Source of the DNA: an uncultured Chloroflexia bacterium
GTDB lineage: Bacteria > Chloroflexota > Dehalococcoidia > UBA2979
NCBI GenBank assembly: GCA_963728205.1
Contig: CAVSIV010000006.1
Location: 1,376,001-1,440,000, forward strand
Reading direction: 5' to 3'
DNA: 64,000 bases
Position numbers and translations under genes: made by a program. Shown here one piece after another: positions 39,167-48,987 of the stretch. Within the stretch, counting starts at the first letter, position 1. Every line of letters begins with the position of its first letter. The notes beneath the pieces are model-generated. The model was not told the DNA's origin and made no database searches. It worked only from the letters and a program-made list of their open reading frames with translations.

Positions 39167-40423
39167 ATGATGAAGTCCCTGTTCGCCGCCATCTCGGGCC
39201 TGCAGAACCACATGACGATGATGGACGTCGTCGGCAACAACATCGCCAACGTGAACACGCAGGGCTACAAGGCGAGCCGCGTCACCTTCCAGGACATGCT
39301 CACCCAGACCATCGCCGGCGCGAGCGCGCCGACCGCGGACCGCGGCGGCACCAACCCGCAGCAGGTCGGCCTCGGCATGAAGATCGGCGGCATCCAGACC
39401 CTGCAGACGCAGGGCTCGCTCGAGGCGACCGGCAACAACACCGACTTCGCGATCCAGGGCAACGGCTTCTTCGTCGTGAAGAACGGCAACGAGACGTACT
39501 ACACGCGCGACGGCGGCTTCGACGTCTCCACGCAGGGCGAGCTCGTGAACCCGACCAACGGCTTCAAGGTCCAGGGCTGGAAGGCCGACACGGCAGGCGT
39601 CGTCGACACCACGCAGCCGATCGGCGCGATCTCGATCCCCTACGGCCAGTCGATCGCCGCGCAGGCGACCGGCAACGTCACCATGCAGGGCAACCTCGAC
39701 GCCACGGCGGCGACGGGCGACGCCTATTCCACGACCGTGAACATCTTCGACTCGCTCGGCACCGCCCACCCCGTGGAGGTCATCTTCACGCGCAACGCCG
39801 GCGGCGACTGGGATGCCACGCTGAACAGCACCGACCCCGAGGTCGACATCCCGGGCTCCTCGGTGAACGCCGCCGACACGCCCGTCACGTTCGACGCCAC
39901 GGGCCGCATCACGAACCCGGCGCTGGGCAGCCCGCTGCGGCTGTCGATCGCGCTGACGGGCACGACGGCGACCACGCCCGTCGCGGTCGACGTGAACGTC
40001 GACGGCGTCACGCAGTTCGCCGGCGCCGGCCAGCTGTCGACGAGCTCGAACGACGGCTACTCGGCCGGCTCGCTCGTCTCGTTCTCGGTGGGCCCGGGCG
40101 GCGACATCAACGGCATCTTCTCGAACGGCACGACGCGCCCGCTCGGCCAGCTCGCCCTCGCGCTGTTCACGAACGCGGGCGGCCTCTCGCGGGCCGGCTC
40201 GAACAACTGGCAGGAGTCCGCGAACTCGGGCACGCCGATCATCGGCACGCCGGCCACCGGCGGCCGCGGCTCGGTGGGCTCGGGCGTGCTCGAGGGGTCG
40301 AACACGGACCTGGCGCACGAGTTCACGAACATGGTGATCGCGCAGCGCGGCTTCGAGGCCAACAGCAAGGTGATCAGCACGTCGGACCAGATGCTCCAGG
40401 ACCTGGTGAACCTGATCCGGTAA
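39167..40423 (+). CDS. flgE: flagellar hook protein FlgE
   Basis: SLFAAISGL, NNIANVNT.GYK, DFAIQGNGFF, YTRDG, LEGSNTDL, AQRGFEAN. Confidence 0.97.
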   Translation: MMKSLFAAISGLQNHMTMMDVVGNNIANVNTQGYKASRVTFQDMLTQTIAGASAPTADRGGTNPQQVGLGMKIGGIQTLQTQGSLEATGNNTDFAIQGNGFFVVKNGNETYYTRDGGFDVSTQGELVNPTNGFKVQGWKADTAGVVDTTQPIGAISIPYGQSIAAQATGNVTMQGNLDATAATGDAYSTTVNIFDSLGTAHPVEVIFTRNAGGDWDATLNSTDPEVDIPGSSVNAADTPVTFDATGRITNPALGSPLRLSIALTGTTATTPVAVDVNVDGVTQFAGAGQLSTSSNDGYSAGSLVSFSVGPGGDINGIFSNGTTRPLGQLALALFTNAGGLSRAGSNNWQESANSGTPIIGTPATGGRGSVGSGVLEGSNTDLAHEFTNMVIAQRGFEANSKVISTSDQMLQDLVNLIR

Positions 40424-40578
40424 GCACGGCGAGCGATCCTCGGCCGCCGCCATCACGCACGCGGGGGTACGCGAACGGATAGTGGCGGCCGAGGATCTAT
40501 CCAGAGTCCAACCCGGGACGGCACGGACCGGCGCCGTCCCTTCCCACCGGGCGCACTCTGACCGGTCAGGGGACACTA

Positions 40579-41766
40579 TTGCCGCCAGCATTCCCCCCCA
40601 GCTACCGCCAGCTCGCGCCGTACGCGCAGCGCTACTCGATGGGCGAGGTCGTCTACGACCAGGGCGCTACGCCCGATCGCATCTACGTCGTGCTGAGCGG
40701 GCGCATCGAGTTCCGCATCGTCGACGCCAACGGCGCGGTCGCGGTCGTCGCCGAGGCCGTCCCCGGCCAGCTCGCCGGCCACGTCGCCGCCTTCACCGGC
40801 CGGCCGACGTCGGCCGCAGCGCACGCCGCGGAGGACACCGTCCTCATCGCGGTGCCGATGAACGAGCTCACGAGCGCGTTCAAGATCGCGCCCGAGCTTG
40901 CCGTGGAGCTCATCCACCTGTTCGCGGAGAGCGACCAGCGCCAGGGCCATCGCCCGGCATCGGTCGCCACGGTCGACGTTGCCGTCGAGGGCGCGACCGC
41001 GCCGGCCGGGCCCGCCCTGCAGGTCGTGGACAGCGCCGACGCCACGGTGGCGCTCGAGCCCGGCTGGGACGAGACATTCTTCTTCTCGGACACCATCACG
41101 TGCCCGGTCTCCGGCACCACCTTTGAGTTCCTGCGCGTGCGCACCTCGGCCGTGCGGCCGGCGTCGCGCGACACCGACTTCCGCGTCGTCTACAGCTCGC
41201 ACGACCCCACCCGCTACTCGATCGTCGTCTGCCCGCAGTGCGGGTATGCCGCCTACCTCGACGACTTCGCGACGGTCGACGAGGAGGAGCGCGTGGCGCT
41301 GGTCGGCAGCCAGGTCGACCGCGACCGCTTCGGCGCACGCAAGTTCCGCGGCCCGCGCGACCTCAAGGAGGCGGCGCAGGCAATCGACCTCGCACTCGCG
41401 AGCTACGAGCGCCGCAAGGCGAACGAACGCCGGCGCGCGGTGCTGCTGCACCGCCGCGCCTGGATCGAGCGCGAGCGCAACGAGGCCGAAGGCGAGCGCG
41501 AATACCTGCGCGAGGCCCGCGAGGCGTACAAGCGCGCCTTCGAGAAGGACTCCTCGATCTCCGATGAGACCGCGATGCGCGCGGCCTACATCATCGGCGA
41601 CCTCAGCCTGCGGCTCGATGACGTGACCGAGGCCCTGCGCTGGCTCGACACCGCGACGAAGTTCCCGGACGCGAAGAACAAGTCGTCCGGCCTCACGCGC
41701 ATGGCGTGGGAGCGGATGCAGACCGCCCGCGAGCTCTCGAAGAAGAGCGAGCGCTGGAGCGCCTGA
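40579..41766 (+). CDS. cyclic-nucleotide-binding domain plus DUF2225-like (Zn/TPR) protein
   Basis: GEVVYDQG...IYVVLSG; ITCPVS, DTDFR, VVCPQCGYAA, AYIIGDL. Confidence 0.75.
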   Translation: MPPAFPPSYRQLAPYAQRYSMGEVVYDQGATPDRIYVVLSGRIEFRIVDANGAVAVVAEAVPGQLAGHVAAFTGRPTSAAAHAAEDTVLIAVPMNELTSAFKIAPELAVELIHLFAESDQRQGHRPASVATVDVAVEGATAPAGPALQVVDSADATVALEPGWDETFFFSDTITCPVSGTTFEFLRVRTSAVRPASRDTDFRVVYSSHDPTRYSIVVCPQCGYAAYLDDFATVDEEERVALVGSQVDRDRFGARKFRGPRDLKEAAQAIDLALASYERRKANERRRAVLLHRRAWIERERNEAEGEREYLREAREAYKRAFEKDSSISDETAMRAAYIIGDLSLRLDDVTEALRWLDTATKFPDAKNKSSGLTRMAWERMQTARELSKKSERWSA

Positions 41767-42803
41767 TGGCGGCGCCACGGGGTGCGCTCCGCGCGGGTCG
41801 ACGCCGTGCGCTCCGCGCGGATCTGCTCGCGCGGCCGCCCCACGACCGGTTGCTGCTCGCGTCGGTGGCGGCCCTCGGCGCACTCGTCGTCTGCGCGGTC
41901 TTCCTGCTGCCCGGACATGCTCGGCACGCCCGCGGCGCGTCCATCCCCGCGGTCACCCTGGCCGTGGCCGACCTGCGTGGGCACGCGCTCGTGCTGCTGG
42001 ACACCGCTACGGGCGACACGCGCCGCATCGCGCTGCCCGGCGGCCCCCACGAGATGGTGCGGCTGGCCGACGGCCGGCTCGTGCTCTCGCTCGAGCAGGC
42101 CGGCGCGCTCGCCGTCGTCGACCCCGCCACCGGTGCGGTCGCCTCGCGCGACATCGGCGGGCTGCCGCACGGCCTCGCGCTGCAGGGCGGCGTCCTCACC
42201 GTGACCGACCGCTCACGCGACGTGCTCCGTCGCTTCGACGTCTCGCCCGGCGGCTCGCCCGCCGGCTGGCTCGAGCTCGCGCCGGTGCCGGCCGGGCACT
42301 GGCCGCACGTGATCGAGCCGCTCACCGGCGGCGGCCTGGCGGTCGCGAACGCCGGCGACTCCACGCTGCGCATCGGCGACACGCTCGTCACCGCGTCCGA
42401 GACGCCGGAGACGCTCGCGGTCTCGCCGGCGGACGGCGACGTCGCGACGGCCGGCTCCATCGGCGGCGCCGTGCAGGTGTTCGGCGCCGACGGCTCGCCG
42501 CGCTGGCAGCGCGTGATCGGCGGCCGTCCGGTCCGCGTCGCATACGCGCCCGACGGCGTGACGCTCGCGGTCTCGGTGTCCGCGGACGGTGCGGTCGCGC
42601 TGGCCGCCGCCGACGGCTCCGCGCTGCGCGTGGTCGCGGTCGGCGGCGCGCCCGACGGCCTCGCGTTCGACGCGTCGGGCCGCACGCTCTTCGTCGGCGA
42701 CCTGGCCGCGGGCCGGGTCAGCGCGGTCGACGTCGCCTCCGGCGCCGTGGTCGCCACCTACGACGCCGCGCAGACCGCCGGCGCGCTCATGACACTTCCG
42801 TAA
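41766..42803 (+). CDS. membrane-anchored YVTN/YncE-like beta-propeller protein
   Basis: Repeats GGPHEM, GLPHGL, GHWPH, TPETL, GRPVRV, GAPDGL; N-terminal TM. Confidence 0.75.
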   Translation: MAAPRGALRAGRRRALRADLLARPPHDRLLLASVAALGALVVCAVFLLPGHARHARGASIPAVTLAVADLRGHALVLLDTATGDTRRIALPGGPHEMVRLADGRLVLSLEQAGALAVVDPATGAVASRDIGGLPHGLALQGGVLTVTDRSRDVLRRFDVSPGGSPAGWLELAPVPAGHWPHVIEPLTGGGLAVANAGDSTLRIGDTLVTASETPETLAVSPADGDVATAGSIGGAVQVFGADGSPRWQRVIGGRPVRVAYAPDGVTLAVSVSADGAVALAAADGSALRVVAVGGAPDGLAFDASGRTLFVGDLAAGRVSAVDVASGAVVATYDAAQTAGALMTLP

Positions 42804-42960
42804 GCGGCGGCAGACACGCCGCCGATGCGACCGGCGGCGATCCGCCGCCGATGCGACCGGCGGCAGACACGCCGCCGATGCGACCGGCGGCGATCCGCCG
42901 CCTACCCTCAGCAGCGGCAGACATGCCGCCGACGCGACCGGCGGCAGACACGCCGCCGCT
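42802..42960. repeat. REP cluster
   Basis: Several cggcggcagacacgccgccg copies alternating with cggcggcgatccgccgcc. Confidence 0.85.
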
Positions 42961-43007
42961 TTGGGGGAATGGGCCGCCCTCTTCCTCACCCCGATCGCTG
43001 TGCAACA

Positions 43008-43460
43008 ATGGCCGTCGTCCAACCCCCGGCGGCGACGACGGGACCGCGAGTGCTGGTTGAAGGCACCTGTACCTACGGTCGGGCGTTCCTGCGTCGCGGA
43101 TGCGCCCGCCCCGCCGTCGGGCAGTGCGTCTACTGCGGCGAGCGCTTCTGCGCCGAGCACGGTGTGCGCGGCGAGGACTACATCGAGGTCTGCCGCCGCC
43201 GCACCTGCCAGCTCAAGTTCCAGGACGTGCAGCAGCACCAGGCGTGGCGCGAGCGCGCCGCCGTCTCCAACCGCACCTCCGTCTGCGCGACCGAGGAGTG
43301 CGAGGAGCGCATGGCGCATCGCTGCGAGCGCTGCCGCCTGATGTTCTGCGGCGAGCACCTGCGGCCGCGGACCGTCGTCGAGCACGGGGCGGACGGCTCG
43401 CGCCAGGTGACGGTGCTGCTCTGCCCGCACTGCATGGCCCGCCGCGGCCTCTGGGACTAA
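43008..43460 (+). CDS. Cys/His-rich multi zinc-finger protein (AN1/B-box-like)
   Basis: CVYCGERFCAEH, CERCRLMFCGEH, CPHC. Confidence 0.7.
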   Translation: MAVVQPPAATTGPRVLVEGTCTYGRAFLRRGCARPAVGQCVYCGERFCAEHGVRGEDYIEVCRRRTCQLKFQDVQQHQAWRERAAVSNRTSVCATEECEERMAHRCERCRLMFCGEHLRPRTVVEHGADGSRQVTVLLCPHCMARRGLWD

Positions 43461-43555
43461 GCGGCGGCAGACATGCCGCCGACAGAACGCGGCCAACCGG
43501 CCGCGTCCTCGTCTGCCCCCGGCCCCCTCTGCCCCCGGCCCCCCCTCTGCCCGGG

Positions 43556-44059
43556 TTACCTCGCCAGCGCCGCCGCGATCGCCTCCGCGTGCATGCCGTC
43601 GTGGATCGCCTGCGCGACCAGGAATCCGCGCGGCGTGTCCTCCACGCCCCACGGCGCGGCGAACGTCGCGTCCAGCGCCGCGGCGTCGAGCGCCGCCGCC
43701 GCCTCCAGCATCGCCTCGCGAGCCGCCTGCAGCCGCGCCACCCGCGCCTCCAGCGTCGCCGTGCGCGACGCCGCGACCCGGGCCGCGTTCCACTCCGCCC
43801 ACTCCGCGGCCGGCGCCGCCTCCGCGGCGAACGCGCGCTCCCCCGCGGCCAGCGCCCGGAAGCATCGCGCCGCGGCCTCGTCCCAGTCGGCCACGTGGGT
43901 GATGAGGTCGGCGACCGTCCAGTCGCCGTCATCGTGCACCCGGCGCGCGGCGCCGGCCTCGTCCAGGCCGTCGATGGCGCGCAGCAGCTGTGAGCGCCCG
44001 TCCATCAGCGCGACCCAGGGATCGACGTCGAGCAGCGGATCGGATGTGCCCGCGTTCAT
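43556..44059 (-). CDS. DinB/MDMPI-superfamily protein
   Basis: WTVADLITHVADWD ... IHDGMH. Confidence 0.8.
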   Translation of the reverse strand: MNAGTSDPLLDVDPWVALMDGRSQLLRAIDGLDEAGAARRVHDDGDWTVADLITHVADWDEAAARCFRALAAGERAFAAEAAPAAEWAEWNAARVAASRTATLEARVARLQAAREAMLEAAAALDAAALDATFAAPWGVEDTPRGFLVAQAIHDGMHAEAIAAALAR

Positions 44060-44218
44060 CGACTCAGGATAGGCAGCGGGCGCGGGCGAGGGGCACTGCT
44101 TGCCGGCAGGATTGCGCCGGCCCGCGATCGCATGGGCGCGACGACCGCGCGCCGACGGAGTCCGCGCACGGCGCGCGCCGACGCGGACGGGGGAGGATTC
44201 TGAGCGCGGAATTCGTGC

Positions 44219-45523
44219 ATGCTAGGATTCGCGCGTCCGAGCGCAACACGGCGCCTCCCGCCCCGGTGCAGGCACGTCACGGAGGACATCGCTCTGCTCC
44301 AGCCACACGCGTACGACAACCTGCACCTCTTCAACAGCCTCACCCGGCGCAAGGAGCACTTCCGCCCCCTCGAGGACCGGACCGTCAGCCTCTACGTCTG
44401 CGGCATCACGCCCTACGACGTCGGCCATCTCGGCCACGCGCTCACCTACGTCACGTTCGACACGCTGCGCCGCTGGCTCGAGTTCCAGGCCTACGAGGTG
44501 CGGCACATCCAGAACATCACCGACGTCGACGACGACATGATTCGCAAGTCGAACGAGCTCGGCATCAGCATCCCCGAGCTCACCGAGCGCAACCACCGCA
44601 TCTACCTCGACGAGATGGACGCCCTCAACGTCCTGCGCCCCGACCGCTTCCCGAAGGTCTCCGACACGATGCCGCAGATCATCGACGAGGTTGCCGGCCT
44701 GGTCGCCGGCGGGTACGCGTACGCGGTCGACGGCTACGTCTTCTTCGACACATCGAAGACGCCGGACTTCGGGCGCCTGGCCGGCCGCTCGAAGGACGAT
44801 CTGCGCACCGGCCCCCGCACCGACACGATGCCGGACGAGCCCGACCACCTGAAGCACGATGTCCTCGACTTCCTGATCTGGCAGCCGTCGGACGCGAAGG
44901 ACGCCTCGTGGGCGTCGCCGTGGGGCACGGGCCGGCCCGGCTGGCACATCGAGTGCTCGACGATGGCGCACGTGAACCTCGGCCCGCGCATCGACATCCA
45001 CGGCGGCGGCCGGGACCTCTGCTACCCGCACCACGAATCCGAGATCGTGCAGTCGGAGTGCGTGACCGGCCTGTCGCCGTACGTCGGCACATGGATGCAC
45101 AACGGCACGATGACGCTCGACGGCGTGAAGATGTCGAAGTCGCTGGGCAACCTGGTGAAGGTCAGCGAGCTGCTGGGGCAGGGACACACGCCCGACGCCA
45201 TTCGCCTCTTCATCATGGGCACGCCCTACCGCGCCGACCACGACTTCACGCAGGCCGAGCTCGAGCAGTGGGAGGCGAAGGCCGCCGCCCTGCGTGCCGC
45301 GAGCGAAGGCCCCGGCGGGCCACCCGACCAGCTCAAGGTCGCGCGCTACCGCGTCGACTTCCAGAACGCGATGGACGACGATCTCGACACGCCGCGCGCG
45401 ATCGCGGTGCTGCTCACGATCGCCGACGACCTGAAGTCGGGCACGCTCGACGGCGGCACGGGCATCCCGACGCTGATCGAGCTGGCGGGCGTGCTGGGCC
45501 TGCGCCTCGGCAACGAGAGTTAG
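44219..45523 (+). CDS. CysRS paralogue, MshC-like cysteine ligase (start uncertain)
   Basis: YVCGITPYD..HLGHALTY, QNITDVDD, GRPGWHIECS, KMSKSLGN; ends after DDLDTP..LGLRL with no anticodon domain. Confidence 0.8.
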   Translation: MLGFARPSATRRLPPRCRHVTEDIALLQPHAYDNLHLFNSLTRRKEHFRPLEDRTVSLYVCGITPYDVGHLGHALTYVTFDTLRRWLEFQAYEVRHIQNITDVDDDMIRKSNELGISIPELTERNHRIYLDEMDALNVLRPDRFPKVSDTMPQIIDEVAGLVAGGYAYAVDGYVFFDTSKTPDFGRLAGRSKDDLRTGPRTDTMPDEPDHLKHDVLDFLIWQPSDAKDASWASPWGTGRPGWHIECSTMAHVNLGPRIDIHGGGRDLCYPHHESEIVQSECVTGLSPYVGTWMHNGTMTLDGVKMSKSLGNLVKVSELLGQGHTPDAIRLFIMGTPYRADHDFTQAELEQWEAKAAALRAASEGPGGPPDQLKVARYRVDFQNAMDDDLDTPRAIAVLLTIADDLKSGTLDGGTGIPTLIELAGVLGLRLGNES

Positions 45524-45534
45524 TCGTCCGTCTC

Positions 45535-45722
45535 AAGCGGCGCAGACGCGCCGCCGATGTGAATGCGGCCGCACGGCCGAGCGCAATCGCCCGTCGCAAG
45601 CGGCGGCAGACACGCCGCCGATGTGGACGCGGCCGCACGGCCGCGTCCTGCGCGCGCTCCCCGTCCGCGTTGTGCGCCCGCATGCGGTTCGACCCCGGTC
45701 GGCGGCCTGTCGGCCGCCGCTG
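45535..45722. repeat. REP cluster between convergent genes
   Basis: Two direct copies and one inverted copy. Confidence 0.75.
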
Positions 45723-45758
45723 AGGCGGGCCGATGCCCGCCCGATGCTGGCCCCCGGG

Positions 45759-47456
45759 CTATGCCCGGTAAGCGAGCTCGTCGTACTGCCGCACCTGGCG
45801 CTGCGAGGTGAAGTGCGAGCCGTTGAGCATGATCGCGCTGCGCATCGTCCTCGCCCACCCGTCGGGGTCGTGGTAGTACCGCGGCAGGATCTCGCCCTCG
45901 AGCTTGTCATAGAGCGCCTCGGCGTGCGTCGCGGGGTCGTCGCCCTCCTCGCCGATCGCCCAGCCGGTGACGCCCTCGATGCAGCCTTCGATCCACCAGC
46001 CGTCGAGCACGCTCAGGCTGGGCACGCCGTTCATCGCGGCCTTCATGCCGCTGGTCCCCGACGCTTCCAGCGGCGGCAGCGGCGTGTTCAGCCAGAGGTC
46101 CACGCCCGCGACAATCTCGCCGGCCAGGTCCATCTCGTAGTTCTCGAGGTAGACCACCGGCACGTCGTCGCCCAGCTCGCGGCCCACCTCGACGATGTGG
46201 CGGATCGAATCCTTGCCGCCGCCGTCGTGCGGGTGGGCCTTGCCGGCGAAGATCAGCTGCAGCGGCCCGGCCATCTTCTTGACGTGGCGCAGCCGCCGCA
46301 CGTCCTCCAGCACGAGGTCGCAGCGCTTGTAGCCCGTCGCGCGCCGCGCGAAGCCCACGGTGAAGACTGCCTCGTCGAGGTCGCGCCCCGTCTGCTGGCG
46401 GACAATCTCGAGCAGCCGCTGCTTGGCGCGTGCATGCGCGGTGCGCAGTTCCTCGAGCGGAATGTCAATCGCGTAGCGCAGGTACGTCGGGTCGCGGCGC
46501 CAGTCCGGCATGTGGCGGTCGTACAGGTCGCGCAGCGCGGCCGACGTCCACGTGCGCGCGTGCACGCCGTTCGTGATCGCCTCGATGCGGTGCCCGGGGA
46601 ACATCCGGCGCGACACCTCGCCGTGCCGCATGCTCACCGCGTTCGCGTAGCGCGACAGCGACAGCGCGAGGAACGTCATGTTCAGCGACGCGTCGCCGGC
46701 GTAGCCGCCCTGCTGGAGGAAGCCGGCATACGGCTCGCCGAGCACGTGGTGCGCGAGGTCCCAGCCGAACTGGTCGTGGCCGGCGGCGACTGGCGTGTGC
46801 GTGGTGAACACGCACTGGCGGCGCACCACCTCGACCTGCGCATCGGTCGCCTCGCGTGGATCGCGCTCGCCGATCTGCTGGTCGAGCAGGGCGAGCGTCA
46901 GCAGCGCGGCATGCCCCTCGTTCATGTGGTACGCACGGATCTGCGAGTATCCGACCGCGCGCAGCATGCGTACGCCGCCGATGCCGAGCACCGCCTCCTG
47001 CGCCAGCCGATAGTGCGCGTCGCCGCCATAGAGGCGGTGCGTCAGCTGGCGGTCCTCGTCGGCGTTGGACGGCATGTCGGTGTCGAGCAGGTAGACGGGG
47101 ATCTCGCCGCCGTGCGGCGAGCGGACGCGGTACCGCCAGGCGCGGACCTCCACGCGGCGCCCCTCGATCTGGAGGCTGACGGTCGGCCGCACGGCCTCGA
47201 GGCGACGCTCCGGCTCCCACGTCGCGGGCAGATCCTGCTGGTTGCCGTCCGCGTCGAGCATCTGGCGGACGTACCCGTCGCGATGCACGAGCGACACCGC
47301 GACCATCGGCAACTCGATGTCGGCCGCCGCACGCAGGTGATCGCCGGCGAGCACCCCCAGGCCACCGCTATAGGTCGGGATCGACGACTCGAGCCCGACG
47401 TCCATCGAGAAATAGGCGACGGGCGCCAGGCGCCCCCGCGAGGCCTCGCTGGTCAT
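45759..47456 (-). CDS. glgP: alpha-glucan phosphorylase
   Basis: [42 protein letters not shown]. Confidence 0.96.
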   Translation of the reverse strand: MTSEASRGRLAPVAYFSMDVGLESSIPTYSGGLGVLAGDHLRAAADIELPMVAVSLVHRDGYVRQMLDADGNQQDLPATWEPERRLEAVRPTVSLQIEGRRVEVRAWRYRVRSPHGGEIPVYLLDTDMPSNADEDRQLTHRLYGGDAHYRLAQEAVLGIGGVRMLRAVGYSQIRAYHMNEGHAALLTLALLDQQIGERDPREATDAQVEVVRRQCVFTTHTPVAAGHDQFGWDLAHHVLGEPYAGFLQQGGYAGDASLNMTFLALSLSRYANAVSMRHGEVSRRMFPGHRIEAITNGVHARTWTSAALRDLYDRHMPDWRRDPTYLRYAIDIPLEELRTAHARAKQRLLEIVRQQTGRDLDEAVFTVGFARRATGYKRCDLVLEDVRRLRHVKKMAGPLQLIFAGKAHPHDGGGKDSIRHIVEVGRELGDDVPVVYLENYEMDLAGEIVAGVDLWLNTPLPPLEASGTSGMKAAMNGVPSLSVLDGWWIEGCIEGVTGWAIGEEGDDPATHAEALYDKLEGEILPRYYHDPDGWARTMRSAIMLNGSHFTSQRQVRQYDELAYRA

Positions 47457-47777
47457 GTCATCGACTCGCTTCCCCCGGGGAGAGGCTCGCGTTCGAGGTG
47501 GTCGTGTTCTGATCCTCGGACGATCCGACTCAGATGGTGAGCAGTGGATGACCGCATGTATCCATTAGAACGCACTCCACAACCGGGGAACGCCCACCGC
47601 GCCTCGTGGCGCCGCGGGCCTGCGGGTGCGCTTGCCGTCAACCGGTCGTCCGTTTGCCCCTTCGCGACCGAATTGCTCGGGAGCATATGCGCATGACGCG
47701 ATCCTCGCCAGAGAGCCGGCCCGCTGCGAGCGGCAGCTGGTCACGGCGCCGAGCGAACGAGACCCCGGTCGCTCCAG

Positions 47778-48845
47778 CTAGGCGCCGCCGCCGGAGCCGA
47801 CCTCCTCACGATTCAACGAGTCGACGAGCGCGATCGTGCGTTCGAGCGTCGCGAGCCGCTCGTCGAGCGTCTCGCCGCGCAGCCCGGCGCGGAACGTCGT
47901 GATGCCGGCGTCGCGGTAGGAGCGCAGCCGCTCGAGGATCGTGCCCTCGTCGCCGATCAGGCTCGTCTTCAGCACCAGCTCCGTCGGCACGCGCCGGCGC
48001 GCCTCGTCGCGCTTGCCCTCCAGCCACAGGCGCTGGACCTCGCGCGCCTCGTCGGCGTAGCCCTGGCGGCGGTACGCGTCGTTGTAGAAGTTGTGCTGGC
48101 GCGAGCCCATTGCCCCCAGGCTGAAGGCGACGCCGCCCTTCAGTGACTCCGCCGCGCGCTCGGGGTCGTCCGTGACCCACACAGTGCCGCCCGCTTGCAG
48201 GTCGAGGTCGGCGAGCGTGCGCCCGGATGCCTCGGCGCCGGCGCGCAGCGGCCCGAGGAACGTCTCCGCCGTCTCGGGCAGGAACGACGTCCCCAGCCAG
48301 CCGTCGGCCAGCTCGCCGGTCATGCGCAGGTTCTTCGGTCCCAGGGAGGCGACGTAGATCTTGAGGTTCGGCGTCGGCGGCGCGCCCGAGCGCAGCGCCT
48401 TCCCCTCGCCGCCGGGCAGCGGCAGCGTGTAGAGCTTCCCCTCGTAGGTGAGCGTCTCGCCGTTGAAGATGCGGCGGCAGATCTCGATAATCTCCCGCGT
48501 CCGGCGCAGCGGCTGGACGAACGGGATGCCGTGCCAGCCCTCGATCACCTGCGGGCCGCTCGTCCCCAGCCCGAGCATGAAGCGCCCGCCCGACATCGAG
48601 TCGAGCGTCATTGCCGTCATCGCGACCAGCGACGGCGTGCGCGTGCCCACCTGCAGGATGCCGGTGCCGAAGCGGAGACGCGTCGTCTTCGCCGCGAGGT
48701 ACGCGAGCGGCGTCGCGCCGTCGTGCGCCCACGCCTCGGCGCTCCAGAGGCTGTCGGCGCCGAGCCGCTCGGCCTCGAGCGCGAAGCGCGTCGTCTCCTC
48801 CCAGTCCTCGATGGCATAGCGGTGCAGGCTGACCGAAACCTTCAC
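47778..48845 (-). CDS. LLM-class (likely F420-dependent) oxidoreductase
   Basis: AEAWAHD, RTPSLVAMTA, LGLGTSGPQVIEGWHG, GELADGW. Confidence 0.92.
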   Translation of the reverse strand: MKVSVSLHRYAIEDWEETTRFALEAERLGADSLWSAEAWAHDGATPLAYLAAKTTRLRFGTGILQVGTRTPSLVAMTAMTLDSMSGGRFMLGLGTSGPQVIEGWHGIPFVQPLRRTREIIEICRRIFNGETLTYEGKLYTLPLPGGEGKALRSGAPPTPNLKIYVASLGPKNLRMTGELADGWLGTSFLPETAETFLGPLRAGAEASGRTLADLDLQAGGTVWVTDDPERAAESLKGGVAFSLGAMGSRQHNFYNDAYRRQGYADEAREVQRLWLEGKRDEARRRVPTELVLKTSLIGDEGTILERLRSYRDAGITTFRAGLRGETLDERLATLERTIALVDSLNREEVGSGGGA

Positions 48846-48987
48846 GGAATGTCCTTCCCGAGCGCGCCGGAACCCGTCCCGGCGCGAGCCGCGCGACGAT
48901 AACAGAGCCCCCGGCCACGCGGTGGCCCGGGGCGGCGGCGCCACGTATCGTGGCCTGACCCATGACACAGCGCCCTGCGGTGACCTC

